DNA of 64,000 nucleotides. Source: Chitinophagales bacterium (GTDB lineage: Bacteria > Bacteroidota > Bacteroidia > Chitinophagales > Chitinophagaceae). Location of the stretch: assembly GCA_030832645.1 (NCBI GenBank), contig JAURIR010000001.1, positions 1,333-65,332 of the forward strand, in the 5' to 3' direction. The translations under genes were made by a program, and so were the position numbers. Below the pieces are notes generated by a model, which was not told the DNA's origin, searched no databases, and saw only the letters and a list, made by a program, of their open reading frames with translations. The first letter of the stretch is position 1. Each line of letters starts with the position of its first letter. Shown here one piece after another: positions 39,969-51,600 of this stretch.

Positions 39969-41224
39969 ACATCCAATCCGGCAAGGGACAGGCTGCGTTT
40001 TTTTAGTTCCGATAGTTGAGAATTCTCGACAACAGCTTGTGGCATAAGGATCAATGATGTATTGTTGGACTTCCACCAGGTTTTATGAAAGAGCGATTGG
40101 TATGGAATTGTTCCAATTAAATAACTCCTTTCATTTCCTGCATGCCATTCCTCGATGTTGTTGAATTCTTCTTTGGGTATTGAATCGCTGTTTTCAAAAC
40201 TAACATATACTCTTAGATGAAAATCATCGCTCAGCTCCGCTTTCACTGCCTGATTCAGTTTCTTGTATTCGTATTTATATCCATAGCGCAGTGCTGCAAT
40301 ATCACTGAGTACAGCTGATCCAGTAGGGAAACTTCCTGCTCCCTTGCCGTAGAAAAATTGTTTATCTGCAAATCCACTCTCAATGACTACTCCGTTGTAT
40401 TCATTCTTTACAAAAAACAAATGTTCGTTGGCATCTATAAATTGCGGCAGTAAGAAGGATGCCACTTTCCCACTGTTTAATTTCTGTGCCTGTGCAACCA
40501 GTTTGATCGACTGGTTTTTTGACTGTGCCACTTTTGCATCCAACTCATTGATCTGTGTAATACCATTGAAGAGCATGTCTTGTATGGTTGTATTGATGCC
40601 GTAGCTATGCGCCAGCAATAAAACCCACTTGTTTGCAGCATCAAATCCCTCAATATCAAGTGTAGGGTCGGTCTCTGCAAATCCTAGTTGTTGAGCTAAG
40701 AGGAGCGCTTCCTTGAATTGAAGATGCTCTTCAAACATTTTTGTAAGAATGAAATTGGTAGAACCATTTACCACTGCTTTAATGGAGTGAAGTAAATCGT
40801 TGTCGTAATATTCCTCTAGGTTTCTGATAACCGGGATGGAAGCACATGCAGAGGCTTCGTATAGTAAAGACCTACCTGTTGTGTTTTGTAATTCAATCAA
40901 TTCTGGTAAATGCTCTGAAAGCATTTTTTTACTTGCACTAACGACGTCTTTACCGTTTTTCAGTGCAGTTGTTACGATTTCATAGCCTGCAATACTGTCG
41001 TTGATTACTTCTACAATCACATTGATCTCGGGGTCTAACAACAGATCATTTTTATTGGAAGTAAACAACTCTGCAGGGGCATTTCTTTTTTTATTTGGAT
41101 TTTTGATACATACTTTTTTGATGCTGGCTTTTAACGAAGGAGTTTGTTTCAAAATTTTATACAATCCTTCTCCCACCACACCAAATCCGAACATTCCAAT
41201 TACAAGTGTTTTTTCTGATCCCAT
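39965..41224 (-). CDS. hom: Homoserine dehydrogenase
   Basis: GFGVVG, YEASACASIP, NGSTNFIL, AQQLGFAETDPTLDIEGFDAANK, GKGAGSFPT. Confidence 0.92.
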   Translation of the reverse strand: MGSEKTLVIGMFGFGVVGEGLYKILKQTPSLKASIKKVCIKNPNKKRNAPAELFTSNKNDLLLDPEINVIVEVINDSIAGYEIVTTALKNGKDVVSASKKMLSEHLPELIELQNTTGRSLLYEASACASIPVIRNLEEYYDNDLLHSIKAVVNGSTNFILTKMFEEHLQFKEALLLAQQLGFAETDPTLDIEGFDAANKWVLLLAHSYGINTTIQDMLFNGITQINELDAKVAQSKNQSIKLVAQAQKLNSGKVASFLLPQFIDANEHLFFVKNEYNGVVIESGFADKQFFYGKGAGSFPTGSAVLSDIAALRYGYKYEYKKLNQAVKAELSDDFHLRVYVSFENSDSIPKEEFNNIEEWHAGNERSYLIGTIPYQSLFHKTWWKSNNTSLILMPQAVVENSQLSELKKRSLSLAGLDV

Positions 41225-41228
41225 CTTA

Positions 41229-42245
41229 TTATTTTATTAAGTCGTTTAACAATGATGTTATTCTGTCGTTCTCCAATAAAAATCCATCGTGCCCATATAT
41301 TGAGTCAATCACCTCTAATCTTGCGCCAGGAATATGTGCAGCCAAAAACTGTTGTTCCTTGACCGGGAATAACAAATCGCTTGAAATACCAATGATCAAC
41401 GTTTTTGAATTGATTTTAGCAAGCATTTCTTCTGCCTCCAGGATACCTCTGCCTAAGTGATGACTGTCCATGCTTTTTGTTAGCATATAATAGCTAATGG
41501 CGTTAAATCTTTTTGCTAATTTTTCTCCTTGGTATCTTTGGTAGGATTCGCTTCTTGTATTTTCAATTGCTTTATCAGCATCTTGTTGTGTCTGATCATA
41601 CGTTTCATAGTGTCGGTAACTGATCAAAGCCACCGATCTAGCTACTTTCATTCCCTCCATACCCGCCTGCTCATTCTCTTGACTCCATGTGCTGTCGTTT
41701 TCGATGCACATCCGTTGAGAAGCATTGAATGCTTTTCCCCACGGAGAGTGAAATGCATTGGTTGCAATCGGTACAATGAACTTGAATAAATCAGGCTGTT
41801 GAGTCGACCACGATAAAAGCTGCTGTCCACCCATGGAGGCACCAATGCCTAAAAATATTTTTTCAATACCAAGGTGTTTTCTCAGTGCATCAAAGGCATT
41901 CACCATATCCAAGGAACTGAAAAATGGAAAAGAATGTAAATAAGGTTTCTGTGTAGCCGGATTTATTTCTAAGGGCCCGGTACTTCCATAGCAGCTGCCT
42001 GGCATGTTCACACAGATTATAAAAAATTGTTCTGGGTTAAAAAACTTCCCCTCGCCAACCATTCCAGGCCACCAATCCGATGGGTCGCTGTTTGCAGTCA
42101 TACCATGAAAAATCCATACCGCATTGTCTTTTTCAGCAGATAATTCACCGATGGTGGTATAGGCCAAATTGAAATCCTGAATCGATTTTCCCGATTCCAG
42201 TTTCAACGTGCCTTTGAAATGATATGTATGTTGTTGTTTCTTCAT
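41229..42245 (-). CDS. metX: Homoserine O-acyltransferase (MetX family)
   Basis: GSCYGSTGP, GASMGG nucleophile, SDLLFP, GHDGFL; start moved to ATG 42245 downstream of the riboswitch terminator. Confidence 0.92.
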   Translation of the reverse strand: MKKQQHTYHFKGTLKLESGKSIQDFNLAYTTIGELSAEKDNAVWIFHGMTANSDPSDWWPGMVGEGKFFNPEQFFIICVNMPGSCYGSTGPLEINPATQKPYLHSFPFFSSLDMVNAFDALRKHLGIEKIFLGIGASMGGQQLLSWSTQQPDLFKFIVPIATNAFHSPWGKAFNASQRMCIENDSTWSQENEQAGMEGMKVARSVALISYRHYETYDQTQQDADKAIENTRSESYQRYQGEKLAKRFNAISYYMLTKSMDSHHLGRGILEAEEMLAKINSKTLIIGISSDLLFPVKEQQFLAAHIPGARLEVIDSIYGHDGFLLENDRITSLLNDLIK

Positions 42246-42271
42246 GATCTTTTTCCTTCGTCCAGGGCAAT

Positions 42272-42302
42272 AAAAAAACCCATCCGAAGTCAGATGGGTT
42301 TT
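42272..42302 (-). terminator. SAM riboswitch expression-platform terminator
   Basis: Minus strand AAAACCCATCTGACTTCGGATGGGTTTTTTT hairpin plus U-run. Confidence 0.85.
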
Positions 42303-42342
42303 CACTATATTGATTAAGATCTTGTCTAGAGAAAAAATCTGA

Positions 42343-42441
42343 CTTATCTGCCCCCTGTCCGGGGTTGGATTTGACACCTTATTAAAACGTAACAGGTTGT
42401 CAAGGCTTCATCGGGCCATTCCCTCTGCCTTTCTGGATAAG
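42343..42441 (-). ncRNA. SAM-I (S-box) riboswitch
   Basis: Minus strand CTTATCCAGAAAGGCAGAGGGAATGGCCCGATGAAGCC-TTGACAACC...GGTGTCAAATCC...GATAAG; P1 CTTATC/GATAAG; TAATTTTG at 42460-42467; upstream of metX-hom. Confidence 0.95.
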
Positions 42442-42615
42442 AAATTTAAAGAACTGGAACAAAATTATGTTTTTTCCAAATAGTGTCCAAAAATGCTCAA
42501 CCATATCAGATTAGGGGGAGATTTGAATGATTAATTTCTTTATTCATGGAACAATCACCATTTTTGCCTGTTGATATCTTGGAAGGAAATCTAAACGCTG
42601 AAATCACAATCCTAC

Positions 42616-45426
42616 ATGTCTGAACTCGATCATATTGAAGTTGTTGGTGCAAGAGCACATAATCTGAAAAACATCGACATATCCATACCAAAAAATAAAT
42701 TGGTGGTGATAACAGGTATCAGTGGCAGCGGTAAGTCTTCATTGGCTTTTGATACCATTTATGCCGAGGGTCACCGAAGGTACATGGAAACCTTTGGTAC
42801 CTATGCTCGCCAATTCATGGGCGAGATGGAGAGACCGGATGTTGATAAGATAAGTGGACTCTCACCAGTTATTTCTATCGAGCAAAAAACAACGAACCGG
42901 AATCCGCGTTCAACTGTTGGAACCGTTACCGAAGTATACGACTTCATGCGCTTGCTTTATGCAAGGGCCAGTGAAGCATACTCTTATGAGACTGGTAAGA
43001 AGATGGTGAAGTTTACGGACGAAGAAATTATTGCCGACATTTTCAAAAAGTATGCCAATAAAAAGATCACGATTCTTGCCCCGATTGTAAGAGGAAGAAA
43101 AGGACATTATAGAGAGTTGTTTGAAGAAACCAGGAAGAAGGGTTTTGTGAAAGTAAGGGTAGACGGAGAATTGAAAGATTTGGTTCCAAAGATGCAAGTG
43201 GATCGATACAAAATCCACGATATTGAAATTGTGGTAGATCGATTGGTCGTGAGTCAGGAGATGCGATTACGCATGTTGCAGAGTGTTCAGCAATCCCTTC
43301 AAATCGGAAAAGGATTGGTATTTGCTTTGATTCATGAGCCTGACAAGCTCGTTCAATACAGTAGAAAATTGATGTGTGCAGAAACAGGCATTTCATACGA
43401 AGAGCCCTCTCCCAACACTTTTTCATTCAATTCTCCTTACGGTGCCTGCGGAAACTGCAAGGGTCTTGGTCAGCAATATGCCATCAACCTGGAAGCAGTC
43501 ATCCCCGATAAATCACTTTCTATTTCAGAGGGAGGTATTGCTCCTTTAGGAGAAGCGCGGGATGCATATTATTTTAAAATGGTCGAACAGCTTGCAAAAA
43601 AATATAAGTTTAGCTTAAAGACTCCCATTGAAAAATTACCTTCTTCTATTCTCAACATTCTTTTATATGGAAACGAAGAGGGAGAGCTCAACGAGTTAGT
43701 TGAAAATGAAAACGCATCCTCTTTTGAAGGAGTTGCTTCTATGATAGTGAGATGGTTTACGGAGAGTTCGAGCGAGGGCATCAGGGAGTGGGCAGAAAAA
43801 TTTATGGTGTTACAACCTTGTACAACATGCAGCGGAAGCCGTCTGAAAAAAGAAAGTACCTGGTTCAAAATCGATGATAAAAATATCGCTACCCTCTCTT
43901 CTCTGAATCTTACTGCATTGAGTGAATGGTTTCAGCACTTGGAAAAAAGAATGAATGAAAAACAAAATCTGATTGCGAAAGATATTCTCAAAGAAATTAG
44001 AAGCCGATTGGGTTTTTTATTGAATGTTGGATTGGGGTATCTTTCTATGGATCGCCCCACTAGAACGCTCAGCGGGGGTGAATCACAGCGTATACGATTG
44101 GCAACGCAAATTGGATCTCAGCTTCAAGGCATTACATATATTTTGGATGAGCCTTCTATTGGGTTGCACCAACGCGACAATCAACAATTAATAGAAGCTT
44201 TACAGAACCTGCGCGACATTGGAAACAGTGTGTTGGTTGTTGAGCATGATAAAGACATCATGTTGGCGGCAGATCATCTCATCGATGTTGGTCCCAAAGC
44301 CGGCATACATGGTGGAAAAATAGTAGCAGCGGGCACTCCCGATCAAGTATGTAAATCACCATCTGAAACTGCACAGTATTTAAACAACAAAAAGAAGATA
44401 GATGTTCCTACGGAACGCAGAAAGGGAAATGGAAAGGAAATTGTGCTCAAAGGAGCCAGTGGAAATAATTTAAAAAATGTCGATATCCAAATCCCGCTAG
44501 GAACTTTTGTATTGGTAACAGGGGTAAGTGGCAGTGGAAAATCCACGCTTATAAATGAAACGCTTTATCCAATTTTAAATAAGCATTGCTACGATTCAAA
44601 AGCGGAACCCATGCCTTTTAAAAAAATCACAGGTTTGGAACATATTGATAAAGTGATTGAAATTGATCAATCGCCTATTGGAAGAACACCTCGCAGCAAT
44701 CCAGCAACGTATTGTAATTTTTTCACAGACATTCGTCAATTGTATGCTGCCGTTCCGGAAGCAAAAATTCGTGGATACAATGCCGGACGATTTTCTTTTA
44801 ATGTAAAAGCAGGAAGATGCGATGTTTGTGAGGGTGGGGGACTGAGAGTAATCGAAATGAATTTTTTACCCGATGTATATGTGCACTGTGAAAAATGCAA
44901 TGGTAGAAGATACAATCGTGAAACACTGGAGATTAGGTACAAAGGAAAATCTATCAGCGATGTTTTGGATATGACAGTCGATGAGGCCGTTGAGTTTTTT
45001 CAACACATTCCTTACCTCTATCGGAAAATAAAAGTATTGCAAGAGGTCGGATTGGGATATCTCACATTAGGGCAATCTGCTGTTACACTGAGTGGAGGCG
45101 AAGCGCAACGGGTGAAATTGTCAACCGAACTGTCTAAAAAGGATACCGGGAAAACTTTTTATATTTTAGATGAACCCACGACTGGACTCCATTTTCAGGA
45201 TATCAGTTTACTGTTAAATGTTTTGAATAAATTGGTCAATCGTGGAAATTCGGTGTTGGTAATTGAACACAATATGGATGTAATCAAAGTGGCAGATTAT
45301 ATCATCGATCTTGGACCTGAGGGAGGAGATGGGGGAGGTACACTTCTTTATCAGGGTACCCCAGAAGGTCTATTAAAAGTGAAAGAAAGTCATACTGCGA
45401 AGTATTTAAAACCTGAATTGAAATAA
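42616..45426 (+). CDS. uvrA: Excinuclease ABC subunit A
   Basis: GARAHNLKN, two Walker A motifs (GISGSGKS, GVSGSGKS), two LSGGE signatures, zinc-finger Cys pairs. Confidence 0.98.
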   Translation: MSELDHIEVVGARAHNLKNIDISIPKNKLVVITGISGSGKSSLAFDTIYAEGHRRYMETFGTYARQFMGEMERPDVDKISGLSPVISIEQKTTNRNPRSTVGTVTEVYDFMRLLYARASEAYSYETGKKMVKFTDEEIIADIFKKYANKKITILAPIVRGRKGHYRELFEETRKKGFVKVRVDGELKDLVPKMQVDRYKIHDIEIVVDRLVVSQEMRLRMLQSVQQSLQIGKGLVFALIHEPDKLVQYSRKLMCAETGISYEEPSPNTFSFNSPYGACGNCKGLGQQYAINLEAVIPDKSLSISEGGIAPLGEARDAYYFKMVEQLAKKYKFSLKTPIEKLPSSILNILLYGNEEGELNELVENENASSFEGVASMIVRWFTESSSEGIREWAEKFMVLQPCTTCSGSRLKKESTWFKIDDKNIATLSSLNLTALSEWFQHLEKRMNEKQNLIAKDILKEIRSRLGFLLNVGLGYLSMDRPTRTLSGGESQRIRLATQIGSQLQGITYILDEPSIGLHQRDNQQLIEALQNLRDIGNSVLVVEHDKDIMLAADHLIDVGPKAGIHGGKIVAAGTPDQVCKSPSETAQYLNNKKKIDVPTERRKGNGKEIVLKGASGNNLKNVDIQIPLGTFVLVTGVSGSGKSTLINETLYPILNKHCYDSKAEPMPFKKITGLEHIDKVIEIDQSPIGRTPRSNPATYCNFFTDIRQLYAAVPEAKIRGYNAGRFSFNVKAGRCDVCEGGGLRVIEMNFLPDVYVHCEKCNGRRYNRETLEIRYKGKSISDVLDMTVDEAVEFFQHIPYLYRKIKVLQEVGLGYLTLGQSAVTLSGGEAQRVKLSTELSKKDTGKTFYILDEPTTGLHFQDISLLLNVLNKLVNRGNSVLVIEHNMDVIKVADYIIDLGPEGGDGGGTLLYQGTPEGLLKVKESHTAKYLKPELK

Positions 45427-45954
45427 ATGGAAAGAATCATCATCGACATGGATGAGGTAATCGCTGATCCTATGGGAGATATGGTAAAGTGGTACCAGGA
45501 AAAATATGATCAGTTGGTAGATTACAGTCAAATGAGAGAAGGATCTTGGGTTCGAGGCTTTCCAGAAGAGCATCGAACATTGGTACTGGAGCGTTTGCAT
45601 GGAGAGGGATTTTTTCGAAATCTTACCGTAATGGATGATGCACAGGATGTGTTAAAGGAAATGAACAGTCGCTATGAAATATTTATTGTGTCTGCTGCAG
45701 TAGAATTCCCTAATTCTCTAAAAGATAAACACGATTGGTTGTTGGAGCATTTTCCATTTTTTACATGGAAGCAGTTGGTATTGTGTGGCGACAAGCGAAT
45801 GATACACGGAGATTATATGATCGATGACCATGTCCGCAACTTGGTTCACTTTCCGGGTAAACAGTATTTATATTCTGCTTTTCACAACAGAGAAGTGCAA
45901 GGCTATGATCGTATCAATAATTGGAAAGAGGCGGCTGCTATTTTTTTGAAATAG
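45427..45954 (+). CDS. 5'(3')-deoxyribonucleotidase (NT5C, HAD superfamily)
   Basis: IDMDEV, FFRNL, KHDWLLEHFPF, CGDK, MIDD; ATG directly after the uvrA stop. Confidence 0.87.
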   Translation: MERIIIDMDEVIADPMGDMVKWYQEKYDQLVDYSQMREGSWVRGFPEEHRTLVLERLHGEGFFRNLTVMDDAQDVLKEMNSRYEIFIVSAAVEFPNSLKDKHDWLLEHFPFFTWKQLVLCGDKRMIHGDYMIDDHVRNLVHFPGKQYLYSAFHNREVQGYDRINNWKEAAAIFLK

Positions 45955-46408
45955 TGTGCGGTTGTCTCAGCATTTTAATATGCTCGATTCCATCTTCCAG
46001 ATACATCTCGCTGCATTTCTCAAATCCAAATTCCTCGTAAAATTTTTTCAAATAGAGTTGTGCTCCAATTTTGATGGGTTTGTTGGGATAGATCGACTCC
46101 GTTTCTTGAATTGCTTTTTTCATCAGGGCTTTACCGGCTCCTATTTTTCTAGATCCAGGGGAAGTAACCACTCTGCCGATGGAGGGCTCCTCATAGGCCA
46201 ACCCAGGAGGAAGAATGCGTACATAGGCAATGAGTGCACCATCTATTCTACCCTGCAAATGCAATGATTTTGCATCCAGATCGTCCATATCCAAAAACAC
46301 GCAATTTTGCTCTACTACAAATACCTCACTTCTCAGCCGAAGTAGTTGATACAACTCAAAAGGGTTTAATTCTGAAAATGCCTTGAGGGTCCAGATAATA
46401 TTGTTCAT
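45938..46408 (-). CDS. ElaA-like GNAT acetyltransferase
   Basis: LRSEVFVVEQNC, IGRVVT, IGAQLYLKKFY, YLEDGIEHIKM. Confidence 0.9.
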   Translation of the reverse strand: MNNIIWTLKAFSELNPFELYQLLRLRSEVFVVEQNCVFLDMDDLDAKSLHLQGRIDGALIAYVRILPPGLAYEEPSIGRVVTSPGSRKIGAGKALMKKAIQETESIYPNKPIKIGAQLYLKKFYEEFGFEKCSEMYLEDGIEHIKMLRQPHTISKK

Positions 46409-46453
46409 TATGCAAATTTATTTCAAACGATTCAAAGGATATTAGTTTTAAAT

Positions 46454-48577
46454 TTGAAATTAAAAATCGCTTCCAAAATCTCCATATTATCTAATCCTAT
46501 TGAATATCTCAAAGGTGTTGGTCCTTTGCGTGCTGATATGCTCAAGAAGGAGTTGCAAATTTTTACTTTTGAAGATTTGCTTTTTCATTTTCCCTACAAG
46601 CACTTAGACAAGACAAAAATTCATCCGATCGGCTCCATATTGCCTTCCATGGATTTTGTACAAGTAAGGGGCAGATTGATTTCCATGGAAATAATGGGGG
46701 AAAAACGAGGCCGGAGATTGATAGCGCATTTGAGGGATCAGTCAGGTATCATCGAGTTGACCTGGTTTCAGGGAATCAATTGGGTACAGAAAATGTTGAC
46801 GGTAGGGAATGACTATGTTGCCTTTGGACGCCTTAGTTTTTTTCTCGGTAAGGCGCAGTTGTCTCACCCCGAAATAGAAACATTAAAAGAAAGCAATGAA
46901 GCAGGTAAAAATTTTCTAGAACCTATTTATTCTGTTACCGAAAAATTAAAGGCAAGGGGATTGAGTGGGAGAGCCATTGGGAAATTAATGTACCAGCTTT
47001 TTTTGGTTTTAGAGGAGAAGGAGTTTGTAGATAATATCCCCTTTCAAATCATAGAACATCAACAGTTATGCTCACGGTGGAAAGCTTTGCATCAAATTCA
47101 CTTTCCTAAAAATATTCAGCAATACGAGGAGGCAGTAAAACGATTGAAGTTCGAAGAATTGTTTTTGTCTCAGTTGCGAATAGGCATGCTGAGGTCCACT
47201 CGACATCGATTTTCCAGAGGCCTACTTTTTTCAAAGGTGGGAGATTATTTCAATAATTTTTTTCATTCTCATCTTCCCTTTTCACTTACGGGTGCTCAAA
47301 AAAGAGTGCTGAAGGAAATCAGGCAAGACATGGGAAGTGGTAAACAAATGAATAGACTACTACAGGGTGATGTGGGGAGTGGAAAGACAATGGTTGCTTT
47401 GATGACAATGTTGATAGCATTGGACAATGGCTATCAGTCCTGTATCATGGCGCCAACAGAAATACTTGCCAATCAGCACTATGAACAATTCAAAAAACTT
47501 TTGCAACCTCTTGGGATAGAGGTAGCATTATTAACAGGATCAACCAAAACTGCTGAAAGAAAAAAAATAGCGAGTGGTATTCTCGATGGAAATATCAATT
47601 TCATCATTGGAACCCATGCACTTATTGAAGATACTGTCCAATTCAAGCAACTGGGGCTGGCAGTGATCGACGAACAACATAAGTTCGGTGTAGCCCAACG
47701 CGCAAAGCTCTGGAAAAAAAATACCATCCCTCCTCATATGTTGGTGATGACGGCAACACCTATTCCTAGAACACTGGCAATGACGGCCTACGGTGATTTG
47801 GATTACAGTGTGATTGATGAGTTACCACCGGGAAGAACCCCCATTACTACCGTTCATCGGTTGGATGATGCACGTCCTCAGGTAATGGATTTCATCAAAA
47901 CTGAAATTGGTAATGGACGTCAGGTGTATTTTATTTTTCCTTTGATCGAAGAAAGTGAAAAATTACAGTACGAAGATTTGATGAGAGGATATGAAAATGT
48001 AAAAGCTTGGTTTCCCGAACCAGCTTACTGGATTAGCATGGTGCACGGAAGAATGTCTGCAGAGCAGAAGGAAATAAACATGCAACGATTTGTAAAAAGA
48101 GAAACACACATCATGGTTAGCACCACTGTTATTGAAGTGGGAGTAAACGTTCCCAATGCTTCCGTAATGATCATTGAAAGTGCAGAAAAATTTGGTTTGA
48201 GTCAGCTACATCAATTGAGAGGTAGAGTGGGCCGGGGAACTGAAAAAAGTTATTGTATTTTATTAACTGGAAGCAACATTGGCAAGGATGCTAAAGAAAG
48301 GATTTCTATCATGTGCCAAACCAATGATGGTTTTAAAATTGCAGAAAAAGACCTCGCACTCAGGGGTCCTGGTGATATCCAAGGTACCCGACAGAGCGGT
48401 GCATTGGATTTCAGGCTTGCTGATCTTGCCCATGACCGGGAAATTCTCGAAAAGGCAAGGGAGGAAGCTGAGAATTTGTTGAAAAAAGACCCTGATTTGC
48501 AAAAAGTTGAACAGGCGGCACTAAAGTCGTTTTTACAGTATAATAATTCCTCCACACCGTGGGGCAAAATATCCTGA
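46454..48577 (+). CDS. recG: ATP-dependent DNA helicase RecG
   Basis: LKGVGP, RLKFEE, QGDVGSGKT, IDEQHKFG, MTATPIPRT, QLRGRVGRG; exact start uncertain (TTG). Confidence 0.96.
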   Translation: MKLKIASKISILSNPIEYLKGVGPLRADMLKKELQIFTFEDLLFHFPYKHLDKTKIHPIGSILPSMDFVQVRGRLISMEIMGEKRGRRLIAHLRDQSGIIELTWFQGINWVQKMLTVGNDYVAFGRLSFFLGKAQLSHPEIETLKESNEAGKNFLEPIYSVTEKLKARGLSGRAIGKLMYQLFLVLEEKEFVDNIPFQIIEHQQLCSRWKALHQIHFPKNIQQYEEAVKRLKFEELFLSQLRIGMLRSTRHRFSRGLLFSKVGDYFNNFFHSHLPFSLTGAQKRVLKEIRQDMGSGKQMNRLLQGDVGSGKTMVALMTMLIALDNGYQSCIMAPTEILANQHYEQFKKLLQPLGIEVALLTGSTKTAERKKIASGILDGNINFIIGTHALIEDTVQFKQLGLAVIDEQHKFGVAQRAKLWKKNTIPPHMLVMTATPIPRTLAMTAYGDLDYSVIDELPPGRTPITTVHRLDDARPQVMDFIKTEIGNGRQVYFIFPLIEESEKLQYEDLMRGYENVKAWFPEPAYWISMVHGRMSAEQKEINMQRFVKRETHIMVSTTVIEVGVNVPNASVMIIESAEKFGLSQLHQLRGRVGRGTEKSYCILLTGSNIGKDAKERISIMCQTNDGFKIAEKDLALRGPGDIQGTRQSGALDFRLADLAHDREILEKAREEAENLLKKDPDLQKVEQAALKSFLQYNNSSTPWGKIS

Positions 48578-48632
48578 TTATTAACAAGTTCCTAGGCTTT
48601 AAACCGTTAATTTTATTTCAAGTCTATTACTT

Positions 48633-51600
48633 GTGCGTATCCTCACTTCCATATCGTTTTTTTGTTTCTTTTTTCTTGCGAATTCTATTGTTGAAGCCCA
48701 GTCGTATTATTCAATAGATTTTATTGAAAACAAGGGTCAATGGGAGGGTAATTTCGCCTTTAAAGGGAATGTTGGAAATGGTGCAGTTTTTATTGAGAAG
48801 CATGGGTACTCTGTTGTATTGTATAACAACGATGATGTGGCCAACGTCATCGGGCATAAAAAAGTAACAGACCTCATCAATAAATCAGAACCAGTAAAAA
48901 TTATTTCAAAGGAAGAAGAAAGTATTGCAAAAGAAGTTATTCGTTTTCATTCCTACAAAGTAACCTTTGTTGGTGCAACTACTGGATCTGAAATTTTACC
49001 CGAAAGACCTTCGGGAGAAGTATCGAATTATTTTATTGGAAACGATCCATCAAGATGGAAAAAAAATGTTCAAGGATTTAATAATGTCTTAATTAAAAAT
49101 CTTTATCCAGGTATTGATATTAGATATTACTCCAACAGCGGTTCGTTGAAATATGATTTGATCGTTCATCCTGGTGCAGATCTCACCAACATTAAATTGC
49201 ACTACGAGGGAATTGATAAAATCAGCATTAAAAACAACGAACTTCTTTTGCAAACTTCTTTAGGAGAAATAAAGGAACGCTCTCCCTATTCTTATCAAAT
49301 TATCAATGGTGTAAAAAAAGAAATCGATGCATCCTATCAATTGGTTGGCAGCGATGTGCAATACAAAATAAAAGCTGCCAGTGATGAGGTGGATCTTATT
49401 ATAGATCCAGTAGTTCAATTGGCCAGCTTTACTGGAAGTGTTGCGAATAATTGGGGATTTACTGCTGCACCTGGCCCGGATGGTAGTCTCTATGCGGGCG
49501 GTGTTGTATACGGACCCAATTATGCTACTGAAGTTGGAGCATATCAAATGGATTTCAAAGGAGGGCAACCCGATAAAGACGATCCGGGAGATGTAACGGG
49601 AGTTGATATTGGATTGACTCGATTCTCTGCGGATGGAACAAAACGCATTTACTCCACTTACTTAGGAGGCAATGGCAACGAATACCCACATAGTATTTAT
49701 GTAAATAATAATTCAGAAGCGATTGTACTTGGAAGAACTTCTTCCGGGAATTTCCCAACTATCAAGAAATTTGGAACGGGTGGTGGCACAGATATTTTCG
49801 TTACTAAGTTGACTGCAGATGGAACTGCCCTAATCGGTTCTGCAGTCATTGGTGGAACAGGGAATGATGGAGAGAATTTAAAGAAAACATCTACAACTGG
49901 TAACGGTGTATCACTTTTTTATGGCGATAATGCAAGAAGTGAAGTTATTGTTGATGCCAATGACAATATATATGTAGCAGCATCAACCAACTCTTCAGAC
50001 TTTTATACCAAATCCGCTTTTCAGGCTGCTGCAATTGGTTCGCAGGATGGTGTACTTGTAAAGTTTGATCCAAATTTGAATACTGTTTTATTCAGTACCT
50101 ATATAGGTGGAAGTGCAGACGACGCAGCAATTTCACTCGCACAGGACCCAATTAGTAAGAATATTTATGTTACCGGTGCAACCATGAGCAAAAACTTTCC
50201 TGCTACCACATCCGGTGTAATCAATCCAACACAGAGCGGCGGTGTTGATGGTTTTATTTCCGTATTTGACGAAAGTGGAAAATGGATAAAAGGTAGTTTT
50301 CTTGGAACGAATGTAGACGATTATATTTATGGAGTTCAGTTTGATAATTCAGGGTTCCCGTATGTGCTGGGAGTCACTTTTGGAAACTGGAGAGTCGTAA
50401 ATGCAGCATACAAAAACACCGGTGCGAAGCAGTTTATTTCAAAGTTACAGACTGATTTAAGCGACTATGTGTACTCTACTGTATTTGGAATTTCATACAA
50501 TGAACCAACTATTTCTCCTGTTGCATTTTTAGTAGACAGGTGCGAAAATGTTTATGTCTCTGCTTGGAGTGTTGCAGGATTTTGCAGCACTACTATCACG
50601 AATAAATTTCTTCCGGTTTCTGCAAAAGGCCTATTAAAGCCAGCAGCAAATTTCGATAACAAAGATTTTTACTTTTTTGTTTTGCAGAAAGATGCTCAGT
50701 CACAACTCTATGGAACATTGTACGGACAACAAGGAGGAGAGGCTGATCATGTGGACGGAGGAACATCCCGCTTCGATAAAAACGGTGTCATCTATCAAGC
50801 CATTTGTGCGAATTGTTTTGGAAACAATGCCTGTAACTCTCAGCAATTCAAAGATCCTGTTACCTATGCTTATACCAATTTAACATTGCCCAATGCAGTT
50901 GCACGAGCAAACGGTTCTACAGGGTGTAATTTGTTTGCAGTAAAAATTGACTTTGAATTATCAGGAGTAAAGGCAGGTATAAAAACAGTCGCCGATAAAG
51001 TGCCTTATAAAACTGCTGGTTGTGCTCCGTTTACTGTTGATTTTACAGATTCCATCGGTATGGGCAAGACGTTTGAGTGGGACTTTAAAGACGGTAGTAC
51101 TGCAACCGGAATCAATGCAACTCATACCTTTACATCGCCCGGCATCTATAATGTTCGATTGATTACAAAAGATCCAGCAAGATCTTGTGGACCAGTAGAT
51201 ACGCAGTATGTCAAAATCACCGTTGGTTTAAATAAAGTAAACTTAGGTTTTAGCGTTGTACGTCCGGATTGCAGCTCACGCAACTTTATTTTCAGCAATA
51301 CATCTGTTGCAGAAACTGGTGGAACATTCGGACCTAATTCATTTGAATGGTCGTTTGGAGATGGCAGCCCCTCTGTTGTAAAAAATTCCGATCAGGTTAC
51401 TCATCTCTTTCCATCCGACGGCACCTACAATATATCATTGAAATTACTGGACAACAGGTTTTGTAACAATCAAGACAAGTTTGATAGTGTCTTAAGTATT
51501 GCCTTCAATACAAAAGCGATTATTACTGCAAACAATATTGTTTGTATCAGCCCAAAGTATCCCAATTGGCAAATTTTATTCAAAGCAAGTGGCGGCCAAA

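Noticed and set aside
42246-42377. 44-aa N-terminal extension of MetX in the ORF track
   Set aside because: It traverses the riboswitch and terminator; the MetX-like sequence begins at ATG 42245
42470-42615. SOS/LexA-type operator upstream of uvrA
   Set aside because: No convincing inverted repeat found by eye
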